Source of the DNA: an uncultured Actinomycetota bacterium
Lineage (GTDB): Bacteria > Actinomycetota > Actinomycetes > Streptosporangiales > Streptosporangiaceae
NCBI GenBank assembly: GCA_963731085.1
Contig: CAVSUF010000019.1
Span: forward strand, 134,382-198,381
Direction: 5' to 3'
Length of the DNA stretch: 64,000 nucleotides
Position 1 is the stretch's first letter. Each line of letters opens with the position of its first letter. Of this stretch, positions 34,147-46,699 are shown piece after piece. A program made the translations under genes and the position numbers. The notes beneath the pieces were generated by a model, which saw only the letters and a program-made list of their open reading frames with translations, had not been told where the DNA came from and did no database searches.

Positions 34147-36294
34147 ATGCGCCCGGTAACCGACCTGCAGCGCCGGGTCGCCCCGTTCGAGGTGGTCACG
34201 GAGATGGTCCCGGCCGGCGACCAGCCCTCGGCCATCGCCTCGATGGAGCAGCGGATCGGGTCCGGCGCCAAGGACACCGTCCTGCTCGGCGCGACCGGCA
34301 CCGGCAAGACCGCCACCGTGGCCTGGCTGACCGAGCGGCTGCAGCGGCCGGTCCTGGTCATGCTGCCCAACAAGACCCTGGCCGCCCAGTTCGCCAACGA
34401 GCTGCGGGAGATGCTGCCGCACAACGCGGTCGAGTACTTCGTCTCCTATTACGACTACTACCAGCCCGAGGCGTACGTCCCGCAGACCGACACCTACATC
34501 GAGAAGGACTCCTCGATCAACGACGAGGTGGAGCGGCTGCGGCACTCGGCCACCAACTCGCTGCTGACCCGGCGGGACACGATCGTGGTCGCCTCGGTGT
34601 CGTGCATCTACGGCCTGGGCACCCCGCAGGAGTACGTGGACCGCATGCTCAAGCTGCGGACCGGCGAGTCCATCGACCGGGACGCCCTGCTGCGCCGCCT
34701 GGTCGGCATGCTGTACACGCGCAACGACCTGTCGTTCACCCGGGGCACGTTCCGCGTCCGCGGCGACACCATCGAGGTGATCCCGCAGTACGAGGAGCTG
34801 GCCATCCGGATCGAGATGTTCGGCGACGAGATCGAGCGGCTCATGACCCTGCACCCGCTCACCGGCGAGGTGGTCAGCGAGGACACCGAGCTGTACATCT
34901 TCCCCGCCTCCCACTACGTGGCCGGGCCGGAGCGGATGGAGCGGGCCATCGGCGGCATCGAGGCCGAGCTAGCCGGGCGGCTGGCCGAGATGGAGCAGCA
35001 GGGCAAGCTGCTGGAGGCGCAGCGGCTCCGCATGCGCACCACCTACGACGTGGAGATGATGCGCCAGGTCGGCAGCTGCTCGGGCATCGAGAACTACTCC
35101 CGGCACATCGACGGCCGGGAGCCGGGCAGCCCGCCGAACACCCTGCTGGACTACTTCCCCGAGGACTTCCTGCTGGTCGTTGATGAGTCGCACAGCACCG
35201 TGCCGCAGATCGGGGCCATGTACGAGGGCGACGTCTCGCGCAAGCGGGTCCTGGTCGAGCACGGCTTCCGGCTGCCCAGCGCGATCGACAACCGGCCGCT
35301 GACGTGGGATGAGTTCGGCGAGCGGATCGGCCAGACGGTCTACCTGTCGGCCACCCCCGGCCCGTACGAGCTGCAGCGGACCGGCGGCGAGGTCACCGAG
35401 CAGGTCATCCGGCCGACCGGGCTGATCGACCCCGCGGTGCACATCAAGCCGACCAAGGGCCAGATCGACGACCTCGTGCACGAGATCCGGGACCGGGCCG
35501 AGAAGTCCGAGCGGGTGCTGGTCACCACCCTGACCAAGAAGATGTCCGAGGACCTGACCGACTACCTGCTGGAGCTGGGCATCCGGGCCCGGTACCTGCA
35601 CAGCGAGGTCGACACGCTGCGCCGGGTGGAACTCCTGCGCGAGCTGCGGGTCGGCGAGTACGACGTCCTGGTCGGGATCAACCTGCTGCGGGAGGGCCTG
35701 GACCTGCCCGAGGTGTCGCTGGTCTCGATCCTGGACGCCGACAAGGAAGGCTTCCTGCGGTCGGGCACGTCGCTGATCCAGACCATCGGCCGGGCGGCCC
35801 GGAACGTCTCCGGCCAGGTGCACATGTACGCCGACAAGGTCACCCCGTCCATGCAGCGGGCCATTGACGAGACCAACCGGCGCCGGGACAAGCAGATCGC
35901 CTACAACACCGCCCACGGCGTCGACCCGCAGCCGCTGCGCAAGCGGATCGCCGACATCCTGGACCAGCTGATGCGGGAGGACGCCGACACCGAGCGGCTG
36001 CTGGGCGGGGCGGGCCGCCAGCAGAGCCGGGGCAAGGCGCCGGTGCCCGGCGTGTCCTCACGCGCCCGCGCGGCGGCCGCCGCGGCCGCGGGGGGCCGGG
36101 CCGAGCGGGCCGAGCAGGCCGAGGGCGGCACCGGCGGCCCGGCTCGCGGTGACCTGATCGCGCTGATCAGCGAGCTGACCGACCAGATGCACGCCGCCGC
36201 GGCAGAGCTTCAGTTCGAGGTGGCGGCGCGCATCCGGGACGAGATCCGGGAGCTCAAGCACGAACTGCGAGGCATGCAGGCCGCCGGGATCTGA
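34147..36294 (+). CDS. uvrB: excinuclease ABC subunit B
   Basis: Intact 715-aa [79 protein letters not shown] and the C-terminal UVR domain [18 protein letters not shown] are all present. Confidence 0.97.
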   Translation: MRPVTDLQRRVAPFEVVTEMVPAGDQPSAIASMEQRIGSGAKDTVLLGATGTGKTATVAWLTERLQRPVLVMLPNKTLAAQFANELREMLPHNAVEYFVSYYDYYQPEAYVPQTDTYIEKDSSINDEVERLRHSATNSLLTRRDTIVVASVSCIYGLGTPQEYVDRMLKLRTGESIDRDALLRRLVGMLYTRNDLSFTRGTFRVRGDTIEVIPQYEELAIRIEMFGDEIERLMTLHPLTGEVVSEDTELYIFPASHYVAGPERMERAIGGIEAELAGRLAEMEQQGKLLEAQRLRMRTTYDVEMMRQVGSCSGIENYSRHIDGREPGSPPNTLLDYFPEDFLLVVDESHSTVPQIGAMYEGDVSRKRVLVEHGFRLPSAIDNRPLTWDEFGERIGQTVYLSATPGPYELQRTGGEVTEQVIRPTGLIDPAVHIKPTKGQIDDLVHEIRDRAEKSERVLVTTLTKKMSEDLTDYLLELGIRARYLHSEVDTLRRVELLRELRVGEYDVLVGINLLREGLDLPEVSLVSILDADKEGFLRSGTSLIQTIGRAARNVSGQVHMYADKVTPSMQRAIDETNRRRDKQIAYNTAHGVDPQPLRKRIADILDQLMREDADTERLLGGAGRQQSRGKAPVPGVSSRARAAAAAAAGGRAERAEQAEGGTGGPARGDLIALISELTDQMHAAAAELQFEVAARIRDEIRELKHELRGMQAAGI

Positions 36295-36335
36295 ACCGCC
36301 CGGGTCTGAACCGCCCGGGTCTGAACCGCCCGGCC
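36291..36335. repeat. 15-bp tandem repeat x3 that begins at the uvrB stop codon
   Basis: ctgaaccgcccgggt at 36291, 36306 and 36321. Each unit contains a TGA. Confidence 0.9.
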
Positions 36336-36500
36336 CCGGCCCCGGCCGCCGGGCGGCGTGCATACCCTCGCCGCAGCGGGGAACCGAATTGTCCCGCCCG
36401 CCGTCTAAGGGCACGGTGGGTCAACATGCCCGCCGGATAGCCGAAACGGCCGCTGCGATGGTCACCCAGGCGCCAGCCAGCGGCCGGGAAGTGAGTCCCG

Positions 36501-37181
36501 ATGACCTCATCAGCACGACGGTCGCCCGCCCCGGCCGCGCTGGCCATCCTGGCCGCACTGGCCGGGCTGGCCTTAACGGCCTGCGGCACGGTCCCGGCCA
36601 GCACCGCCGGGCACGCCACCCCGGCCGGCGGCACGGTCCCAGCCGGCGGCGCACCCGGCCACCCGGCCAGCGCCGCCGGCGCGGGCCAGGCCGACGGGTC
36701 TGCCCAGCCCGGGGCCGCCGCGCAGTTGTGCGCCGCGCCCGGCTCGGTCACGCAGGTTGCCATCACCCGGGTCACCCCCGCCGCGCAGCAGCTTCCGTCG
36801 GGACCGGGCGCTGACGCCGCGCCGTCGCCCACCGCGCTGGTCAAGGGCGCGCCACAGGCTCAGCAGCTAGCCAAGGCGCTATGTGCCCTGCCGGCGATGC
36901 CGGCCGCCCGGCCGCTGCACTGCCCGGACCTGTCGACCGGCAGCTACCGGCTGGTGTTCACCGCCGACGGGAAGGCGCTCCCGGCCGTCACCGCCCAGCC
37001 GACTGGCTGCGAGACCATCGTCGGCGCCGGCGTGACCCGCACCGCGGCCAGTGAGCCGACGTTCTCGCGGCTGCTGGCCACCATGGGCGGCGTCCTGCCG
37101 CTGCCCGGCGTCGGCCACCTGCCCGGCGTGCCGGTCTCCACCGGCGGCCAGTTCCAGCCCGGTACCGCCGCCAAGGGCTGA
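36501..37181 (+). CDS. hypothetical lipoprotein
   Basis: 226-aa ORF with the signal peptide and lipobox AALAILAALAGLALTACG. It is Ala/Pro/Gly-rich with four Cys. No family recognised. Confidence 0.6.
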   Translation: MTSSARRSPAPAALAILAALAGLALTACGTVPASTAGHATPAGGTVPAGGAPGHPASAAGAGQADGSAQPGAAAQLCAAPGSVTQVAITRVTPAAQQLPSGPGADAAPSPTALVKGAPQAQQLAKALCALPAMPAARPLHCPDLSTGSYRLVFTADGKALPAVTAQPTGCETIVGAGVTRTAASEPTFSRLLATMGGVLPLPGVGHLPGVPVSTGGQFQPGTAAKG

Positions 37182-37260
37182 GCCAGGCCTGCTGCCTCGC
37201 CCCCGGGCGGCCAGTTCCAGCCCGGTACCGCCGCCCGGGCCTGAGCCAGCCCGCTGCCTC
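37143..37260. repeat. 63-bp tandem duplication of the lipoprotein 3' end including its stop codon
   Basis: ggcggccagttccagcccggtaccgccgcc...ctgagcca...gctgcctc at 37143-37198 is repeated at 37206-37260. Confidence 0.85.
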
Positions 37261-37412
37261 CTCCCGGATCGCCGGATCCGGCCGCTTTCCAGGGCCCGCA
37301 GAGCCATGCCGATATAGCGGCATAATCCGGCCGTCCGGGGTGCTGTGTCCCTTATGGGCACGGGCACCCAGGGGGATCGGTCGGGCCGGCCCTGGCGGCG
37401 TAGGGTCGAATC

Positions 37413-38327
37413 ATGCTAGAGAGCCTGGTCGCCGCCCTGGTGTCAGCTTTCTGCTATGGGCTGGCGGCCGTCATGCAGGCGATGGCCGTCCGGGCCGCCA
37501 GCCGCCGGCAGATGCCGGCGGCGCACGAGGCAGGCCCGGGCGTTGACCCGGGCCTTCTGGTGCGGATGCTGAGCCAGTGGATGTTCGTGATCAGCATCGG
37601 CATCGACCTGCTCGGCTTCATAGCCCAGCTAGTCGCGCTGGCCCGGCTTCCGCTGTTCGCCGTCCAGGCCATCATCTCGGCCAACCTGGCCGTCACCGCG
37701 GTCTGCGCGGCCTGGCTCATGCACGCCCGGCTCAGCCTCCGGGAGTGGCTGGCCATCACCGGCGTGGTGGTGGGCGTCGGGCTGCTGGGCGCCTCGGCCG
37801 GGGTGGAGGGCGCGGCCCGGGTCGGCTTTGACTTCAAGCTGGGCCTGATCGTGTCGGTGGCCGGGGTGGCGCTGCTGGGCCTGGCTGCCGCCCGGCTGCC
37901 CAGCCCGTACCGGACCCCGGCCCTGGGCGGCGCCGCCGGGCTGGGCTACGCCGTGCTGGCCGTCTCGGCGCGCATCCTGCCCGGCTTCTCGCCCGCCCAG
38001 CTGGTCCGCGACCCGGCCAGCTACACCCTGGCCGCGGCCGGGATCGTCTCGTTCATGCTGTACGCGACGGCGCTGGAGGGCGGCAGCGTGACCGTGGCCA
38101 CGGCCGCGGTGGTGCTGGCCGAGACCATGCCGCCGGCCGTCGTCGGGGTGCTGCTGCTGGGTGACAGCACCCGGCACGGCATGGCTGGCCTGGCCGTGGC
38201 GGGCTTCGCGCTGGCCGTGTTCTGCGCCGTGGCGCTGGCCCGGTTCGGGGAGGCCGGCGAGCCCGGCCCGGCCCGGCCGGGCTCCGACGACCAGGCCGGA
38301 GTCGAGGTCAGCCGCCCGGCCGCGTGA
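37413..38327 (+). CDS. integral membrane protein (DMT/EamA-like topology, about 9-10 TM)
   Basis: Intact 304-aa hydrophobic ORF (LESLVAALVSAFCYGLAAVMQAMAV...). The assignment to the DMT superfamily is tentative. Confidence 0.6.
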   Translation: MLESLVAALVSAFCYGLAAVMQAMAVRAASRRQMPAAHEAGPGVDPGLLVRMLSQWMFVISIGIDLLGFIAQLVALARLPLFAVQAIISANLAVTAVCAAWLMHARLSLREWLAITGVVVGVGLLGASAGVEGAARVGFDFKLGLIVSVAGVALLGLAAARLPSPYRTPALGGAAGLGYAVLAVSARILPGFSPAQLVRDPASYTLAAAGIVSFMLYATALEGGSVTVATAAVVLAETMPPAVVGVLLLGDSTRHGMAGLAVAGFALAVFCAVALARFGEAGEPGPARPGSDDQAGVEVSRPAA

Positions 38328-40916
<2,589 letters not shown>

Positions 40917-40992
40917 CCGGCTGGCGGCGTACGGCGGGAGACCGCCCGGCAACGGCGCCGGGCGGCCCCGAGAACGAGGGAGGGGCTGGGTC

Positions 40993-42108
40993 ATGAAGGT
41001 CGGCGTTCCCAGGGAAGTCAAGAATCACGAGTACCGGGTGGCCATCACCCCGGCGGGCGCCCATGAGCTGGCCCGGGGCGGCCACGAGGTGGTCGTGCAG
41101 CAGGGCGCGGGGGCCGGGTCGCTGATACCGGACGCCGACTTCGCGGCGGCCGGGGCGGCCATCCTGCCGACCGCCGACGACGTCTGGCAGGAGGGCGACC
41201 TGATCCTGAAGGTCAAGGAGCCGGTCGCCGAGGAGTACCACCGGATGCGCAAGGGGCAGGTGCTGTTCACCTACCTGCACCTGGCCGCCAGCCGGGACTG
41301 CACCCAGGCCCTGCTCGACGCCGGGGTCACCGCCATCGCGTACGAGACCGTCCAGCTGCCGGATGGCTCGCTGCCGCTGCTGGCCCCCATGTCCGAGGTG
41401 GCCGGCCGGATGGCGCCCCAGGTCGGCGCCCACCACCTGCAGCGCGACGGCGGCGGCCGGGGCGTGCTGATGGGCGGGGTATCCGGGGTGTACGCGGCCA
41501 AGGTCGTCGTGCTGGGCGCCGGCGTGTCCGGCATGAACGCCGCCGCCATCGCCCTGGGCATGCAGGCCGAGGTGCTGCTGGTGGACCGCAACATCGCCCG
41601 GCTGCGCCAGGCCGACGCCATCTACCAGGGGCACCTGCAGACCGTGGCGTCCAACAGCTACGAGATCGAGCGGGCCGTGATCGACGCCGACCTGGTCATC
41701 GGGGCCGTGCTGGTGCCGGGGGCCAAGGCGCCCAAGCTGGTCAGCAACGACCTGGTGGCCCGGATGAAGCCCGGCTCGGTGCTGGTCGACATCGCCATCG
41801 ACCAGGGCGGCTGCTTCGAGGACTCGCGGCCTACCACGCACGCCGAGCCCACCTACCCGGTGCACGAGTCGCTGTTCTACTGCGTGGCCAACATGCCCGG
41901 TGCCGTGCCGCACACCTCGACCTACGCCCTGACCAACGTCACCCTGCCCTACGCGGCGGAGATCGCCCGGCACGGCTGGCGCGACGCGCTGCGGGCCGAC
42001 CAGCCGCTGTCGCTCGGCCTGAACACCTTCGACGGCGAGATCACCTGCCTGCCGGTGGCGGAGGCCCACGGCCTGCCGTCGCGGACGCTCGCGGAGGTGC
42101 TCAGCTGA
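40993..42108 (+). CDS. ald: alanine dehydrogenase
   Basis: [40 protein letters not shown]...[18 protein letters not shown]...[15 protein letters not shown]...[12 protein letters not shown]. Intact, with RBS GAGGGAGGGG. Confidence 0.95.
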   Translation: MKVGVPREVKNHEYRVAITPAGAHELARGGHEVVVQQGAGAGSLIPDADFAAAGAAILPTADDVWQEGDLILKVKEPVAEEYHRMRKGQVLFTYLHLAASRDCTQALLDAGVTAIAYETVQLPDGSLPLLAPMSEVAGRMAPQVGAHHLQRDGGGRGVLMGGVSGVYAAKVVVLGAGVSGMNAAAIALGMQAEVLLVDRNIARLRQADAIYQGHLQTVASNSYEIERAVIDADLVIGAVLVPGAKAPKLVSNDLVARMKPGSVLVDIAIDQGGCFEDSRPTTHAEPTYPVHESLFYCVANMPGAVPHTSTYALTNVTLPYAAEIARHGWRDALRADQPLSLGLNTFDGEITCLPVAEAHGLPSRTLAEVLS

Positions 42109-42152
42109 CCGCGGTCGCCGCGGCGGTCCGCCGGTACCTCGATCACCTGACG

Positions 42153-43139
42153 GTGGAGCGCGGCCTGGCCGCGCACACCCTCGAGGCCTACCGGCGCGAC
42201 CTGAACCGGTACGCGGCGACGCTGGCCGCCCGGGGCCGGACCGAGATCGAGGCGGTGGTCACCCAGGACGTGGCCGACTTCCTGGCCGGCCTGCGCGAGG
42301 GGGACCCCGACCATCCGCCGCTGGCCGCCAGCTCGGCCGGCCGGGCGGTGGTCGCCGTCCGCGGCCTGCACGCCTTCGCGCTGGCCGAGGGGCTGGCGGC
42401 GGGTGACCCGGCCCGGCTGGTCCGGCCCCCGGCGCCGCCCCGGCGGCTGCCCAGGGCCATCTCCATCCCCGAGGTCGAGCGGCTGCTGGCGGCGGCGGGC
42501 GCGAAGGCGGCCGGCGGCGAGGGCATCAGCGACGCCGCCGGGCTGCGCGACCGCGCCCTGCTGGAACTGCTGTACTCCACCGGCGCCCGGATCTCCGAGG
42601 CGGTCGGCCTGGACGTCGACGACCTGGACCTGTCGGCCGGGTCCCGCAGCAGCATGGTGGCCGGGGCGGTGCGGCTGTCCGGCAAGGGCGACAAGCAGCG
42701 GATCGTCCCGGTCGGCAGCTACGCCAGGGAGGCCGTCGAGGCGTACCTGATCCGGGCCCGGCCGGTGCTGGCCCGGGCTGCCCGGCGCGGCCCGGCGGCG
42801 GCCGCCGTGTTCCTGAACGCGCGGGGTGGCCGGCTGACCCGCCAGGGCGCCTGGGGCGCGCTGCGGGCGGCCGCCGGGCGAGCCGGCCTGCCCGAGGTCA
42901 CTCCGCACACGCTGCGTCACTCATTCGCCACGCACCTGCTCGACGGCGGCGCCGATGTCCGGGTCGTGCAGGAGCTTCTGGGGCACGCCTCGGTCACCAC
43001 CACGCAGGTGTATACGCTGGTCACCGTCGACAAGCTGCGCGAGGTCTACGCCGCCGCGCATCCCCGGGCGCTGCGCGGAACGGCCGCGACCGATGCTGGT
43101 GATATAGCGGCGAATCCTGCGTTTCGTCAGGTAAATTGA
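42153..43139 (+). CDS. xerD: site-specific tyrosine recombinase XerD
   Basis: [20 protein letters not shown]...[23 protein letters not shown]...[12 protein letters not shown]...[37 protein letters not shown] carries the R-H-R-Y catalytic pattern. The conserved [11 protein letters not shown] is in frame upstream, so the real start may be near 42105 at a non-ATG/GTG codon. Confidence 0.9.
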   Translation: MERGLAAHTLEAYRRDLNRYAATLAARGRTEIEAVVTQDVADFLAGLREGDPDHPPLAASSAGRAVVAVRGLHAFALAEGLAAGDPARLVRPPAPPRRLPRAISIPEVERLLAAAGAKAAGGEGISDAAGLRDRALLELLYSTGARISEAVGLDVDDLDLSAGSRSSMVAGAVRLSGKGDKQRIVPVGSYAREAVEAYLIRARPVLARAARRGPAAAAVFLNARGGRLTRQGAWGALRAAAGRAGLPEVTPHTLRHSFATHLLDGGADVRVVQELLGHASVTTTQVYTLVTVDKLREVYAAAHPRALRGTAATDAGDIAANPAFRQVN

Positions 43140-43264
43140 ATCCGAGTGTTTTCTTCGTTACCGGTGAGTCGGCTTGCCCGTCACCGCGTTCTGCGCCTAG
43201 AGTCCCGGTGCCAGCGGCGTATTCCGCGCGATCGCCGGGGAGGTGCAATTCGGAGTGCGATACC

Positions 43265-44149
43265 GTGGAGGACAGGCAGGACTTGATCGGTCCCACTGGT
43301 CGTCCGGTGCCGGTATTTCCTGAGCCAGAGCCATTGCTGACGCACGGGCCGGCCCGAATCGCGGCCGTCTGCAACCAGAAGGGCGGGGTGGGCAAGACCA
43401 CCACGACTATTAACCTGGGCGCGGCGCTGGCCGAGCAGGGGCGCCGGGTGCTGCTGGTGGACTTCGACCCGCAGGGCGCGCTCTCGGTGGGCCTGGGGAT
43501 CCAGCCGCACGAGCTAGACGCGACGATCTACAACCTGCTCATGGAGCGCAGCCTGAGCGCCAGCGACGTGCTGATCAAGACGTCGGTGGACGGGATGGAC
43601 CTGCTGCCCAGCAACATCGACCTGTCCGGCGCCGAGGTCCAGCTGGTGCACGAGGTGGGCCGGGAGTTCGTGCTCGGCCGGGTGCTGCAGCCGGTGATCC
43701 CCGACTACGACGTCATCCTGATCGACTGCCAGCCGTCCCTGGGCCTGCTCACGGTGAACGCCCTGGCCTGCGCGGACGGCGTGCTCGTCCCGCTGGAGTG
43801 CGAGTACTTCGCGATGCGCGGCGTGGCCCTGCTGATGGAGACCATCGAGAAGGTCGCCAGCCGGCTCAGCCCCAAGCTGGCCATCGACGGGCTGCTGGCC
43901 ACCATGTACGACTCGCGGACGTTGCACACCCGTGAAGTCCTGGCCAACGTCGTGGCGGGGTTCGGTGACACCGTCTTTCACACGGTCATCAGCCGGACAG
44001 TGCGGTTCCCGGACGCTACCGTGGCAGGAGAGCCGATTACGCGGTTCGACCCCACGTCAAACGGGGCGGCCTCGTACCGTGAGCTGGCCAAGGAGGTACT
44101 GGACCGGTGGCGGCAGGGGGTGCCCGGAGGTCCCGCCCACGGCGGGTGA
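43265..44149 (+). CDS. ParA/Soj-family ATPase
   Basis: Deviant Walker A CNQKGGVGKTTTTINLGAAL, then LLVDFDPQGALS and ILIDCQPSLGLLTVNAL. GTG 43265 is chosen because 43140-43264 is AT-richer and non-coding in character; the ORF is open from TTG 43136. Confidence 0.88.
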   Translation: MEDRQDLIGPTGRPVPVFPEPEPLLTHGPARIAAVCNQKGGVGKTTTTINLGAALAEQGRRVLLVDFDPQGALSVGLGIQPHELDATIYNLLMERSLSASDVLIKTSVDGMDLLPSNIDLSGAEVQLVHEVGREFVLGRVLQPVIPDYDVILIDCQPSLGLLTVNALACADGVLVPLECEYFAMRGVALLMETIEKVASRLSPKLAIDGLLATMYDSRTLHTREVLANVVAGFGDTVFHTVISRTVRFPDATVAGEPITRFDPTSNGAASYRELAKEVLDRWRQGVPGGPAHGG

Positions 44150-44451
44150 GCCTGCCGGGGGTCTCGGAACTGCTGCGCCCCGTCACGCGCGCTCCCGACG
44201 ACTCGCCCCAGCGCCCGGCCAGCGGCCGGGAAAGCCACTCCCAGAAGATCACCGTCTACCTGTCCGCCGCCGAACTGCTCGACCTGGAGCGCGCCCGGCT
44301 GACCCTGCGGGGCTACGGCATCTCGGTCGACCGCGGCCGGATCGTCCGCGAGGCACTGGCCGTGCTGCTGGGCGACCTGGACGCCGACGGCGACCGCAGC
44401 GTGGTCGCCCGGCGACTGCGGACCGGGACGGAACCAGACCAGATACCCTGA
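44146..44451 (+). CDS. small conserved hypothetical protein, possible ribbon-helix-helix partner of ParA
   Basis: GTG overlaps the parA stop (GTGA). KITVYLSAAELLDLERARLTLRGYGISVDRGRIVREALAVLL resembles a CopG/RHH beta-alpha-alpha fold. The assignment is by pattern only. Confidence 0.45.
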   Translation: MSLPGVSELLRPVTRAPDDSPQRPASGRESHSQKITVYLSAAELLDLERARLTLRGYGISVDRGRIVREALAVLLGDLDADGDRSVVARRLRTGTEPDQIP

Positions 44452-44556
44452 GCGGTCACGGCCGGCAGGCCGCGACACAGCGACGACAGCGGATCGGCGA
44501 ATGACCACGATGGCGACCAGCGCACCGGGCGACGCGCCCCAGTCGCCAGGGCGCCA

Positions 44557-45405
44557 GTGCAGTCGCCGGAGGCCCAGCCGGCCGCCTTCGAGGTCCACCT
44601 GGACAACTTCGAGGGGCCGTTCGACCTGCTGCTCGCGCTGATCTCCAAGCACAAGCTGGACATCACCGAGATCGCCCTGTCCAGCGTCACCGACGAGTTC
44701 ATCGCCCACATCCGTGCCCTGGCCGACGCCTGGGACCTGGACCAGGCCAGCTATTTCCTGGTCGTGGCGGCCACCCTGCTCGACCTCAAGGCGGCCCGGC
44801 TGCTGCCCGCCGGGGAGGTGGACGACGAGGAGGACCTGGCCCTGCTGGAGGCCCGCGACCTGCTGTTCGCCCGGCTGCTCCAGTACCGGGCGTACAAGGA
44901 GGTGGCGGCGGTGCTGGCCGCCAGCATGGCCGTCCAGGGCCGCCGGTTCGCGCGCCGGGTCGCCGATGGAGCCGCAGTTCGCCCAGCTCCTGCCCGAGGT
45001 CCTGCTGGGCCTCGGCCCGAGCAGTTCGCCGCCATCGCGGCCCGGGCGCTGGCCCCCCGCCGCCCGCCGGTGGTCTCCACCGCCCACCTGCACGTGCCCC
45101 GGACCACCGTCCGCGAGCAGGCCGAGATCCTGGCCGCCCGGCTGCGCGACCTGCGCCGCGCGACGTTCCGCCAGCTCACGTCGGACTGCGCCGGCACCTA
45201 CGAGGTGGTGGCCCGGTTCCTGGCCGTGCTGGAGCTATACCGGGAGAGCCGGATCACCTTTGACCAGGTGGTGCCGCTGGGGGACCTGTTCGTCTCGTGG
45301 TCTGATCCCGGCCCGGACGACGCCGACCCGGACCCCGATGACGCGGACGCCGACGGCCCCGGCGCGGCAGTGCCGCCCGTCGGCGAGAAAGAAGATTATG
45401 AGTAA
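44557..45405 (+). CDS. scpA: segregation and condensation protein A
   Basis: FEVHLDNFEGPFDLLLALISKHKLDITEIALSSVTDEFIAHIR...FLVVAATLLDLKAARLLP...LLEARDLLFARLLQYRAYK. A segment of about 55 nt (about 44960-45015) reads better in another frame (PMEPQFAQLLPEVLLGLGPEQ), which indicates a compensated pair of indels. Confidence 0.88.
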   Translation: MQSPEAQPAAFEVHLDNFEGPFDLLLALISKHKLDITEIALSSVTDEFIAHIRALADAWDLDQASYFLVVAATLLDLKAARLLPAGEVDDEEDLALLEARDLLFARLLQYRAYKEVAAVLAASMAVQGRRFARRVADGAAVRPAPARGPAGPRPEQFAAIAARALAPRRPPVVSTAHLHVPRTTVREQAEILAARLRDLRRATFRQLTSDCAGTYEVVARFLAVLELYRESRITFDQVVPLGDLFVSWSDPGPDDADPDPDDADADGPGAAVPPVGEKEDYE

Positions 45406-45768
45406 CGATCCGATCTCCCTCCCCTGGCTCATCACCGACGAGCCCACGGGGCCGGCCCCCAGCCCGCCCCGGGCGGACGCCGCCGGACCAGCCGAGCCAG
45501 GCCCCGCAGGAGAGCGACGGCGCGATCCGGCTAAGCCCGTCGAAGAGGCGGACCCGGCCGGAGGGGCCGAGGGGGCCGAGGGGCCTGAGCTGCCCGAGGG
45601 GCCTGGCAGGCCAGGGGCCTGGGCCGAGGGGCCTGAGGCAGGCCGAGGGGCCTGAGCTGCCCGAGGGGCCTGAGCTGCCCGAGGGGCCTGGGCCTGGCCG
45701 AGGGGGCCGAGTCGCCCGCCGGGGGCCTGGCCGAAGCCGAGGGCGCCGAGCTGCCCGAGCCGCGCGCT

Positions 45769-45822
45769 CATGATCGTGACCGTTTTTCCGCGACTTTTGC
45801 CGGACAATCGGTCACGATCATG
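45769..45822. repeat. palindromic intergenic element, copy C (54 bp)
   Basis: CATGATCGTGACCGTTTTTCCGCGACTTTTGCCGGACAATCGGTCACGATCATG, between scpA and the scpB core, preceded by GGGCCTGAGCTGCCCGAGG-type tandem repeats. Confidence 0.9.
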
Positions 45823-45859
45823 GAATCCGCCCCCGGGGAGGCCGCCGGGACCCAGGCTC

Positions 45860-46699
45860 GTGTGGCGAGCGGGGCCACAGGGACACGCGAGACTGAGGCC
45901 GAGGCGGCTGAGGCCGCCGACGCCGAGCCGGCTGAGGGCGAGGACGGCCGGGGCCGATGCGGTTGCGGCGGCTGAGGCGGCTGGGGCGCACGAGGTTCAG
46001 TCGGCCGGGGTTGAGGCGGCAGACGCCAAGCGGACCGAGAGCGAGGCAGCCGAGGCCCGGGCCGAGGCGGTCGAGGCAAAGTCGGCTGAGGCGGCTGCGG
46101 CGGCTGGGGCTGAGGCGCCTGCTGGCGTGGAGGCTGAGGCCGGGCCGGGGCTGCGGGCCAGCCTGGAGGCGATCTTGCTGGTCGCCGACGAGCCCGTGCC
46201 CGAGAACGTCATCGCCCAGGTGGTCGAGCGGCCCACCGAGGAGGTGGTCGCGGCGCTGCGCGCTCTGGCGGGCGCCTACACTGCTGAGGAGCGCGGCTTC
46301 GACTTGCGGGAGATCGCCGGCGGCTGGCGGTTCTACACGCGCGCGGAATGCGCGGGCGTCGTCGAGCGGTTTGTCCGGGACGGCCAGGAGGTCCGGCTGA
46401 CCCAGGCGGCCCTGGAGACGCTGGCCGTCGTGGCCTACCGGCAGCCGGTCAGCCGGACCCGGGTGTCGGCGGTGCGCGGCGTCAACTGCGACGGCGTGAT
46501 GCGGACGCTCGTGCTGCGCGGGCTGGTCGAGGAGTCGGGCGCGGACCCGGACACCGGGGCCATCCAGTTCCAGACGACCGGGTACTTCCTGGAGCGGCTG
46601 GGGCTGGCCGGCCTGGCCGATCTCCCCGAGCTGGCACCGTTCCTCCCCGATCATCTAGACGACGAACAGGACGCAGGCCATGAGAATGCCGGGTCGTGA
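45860..46699 (+). pseudogene. scpB: segregation and condensation protein B (start uncertain, probable frameshift in the acidic N-terminal extension)
   Basis: The core reads LRASLEAILLVADEPVPENVIAQVV...GFDLREIAGGWRFYTRAECAGVVERFV...RLTQAALETLAVVAYRQPVSRTRVSAVRGVNCDGVMRTLVLRGLVEE...FQTTGYFLERLGL. The Ala/Glu-rich leader switches frame near 45950. Confidence 0.85.

Noticed and set aside
42153-43139. Tyrosine recombinase as a marker of an integrated mobile element
   Set aside because: The sequence and context (ald upstream; parA, scpA and scpB downstream) are those of chromosomal XerD, the dimer-resolution recombinase. There are no att repeats, no phage genes and no tRNA next to it.
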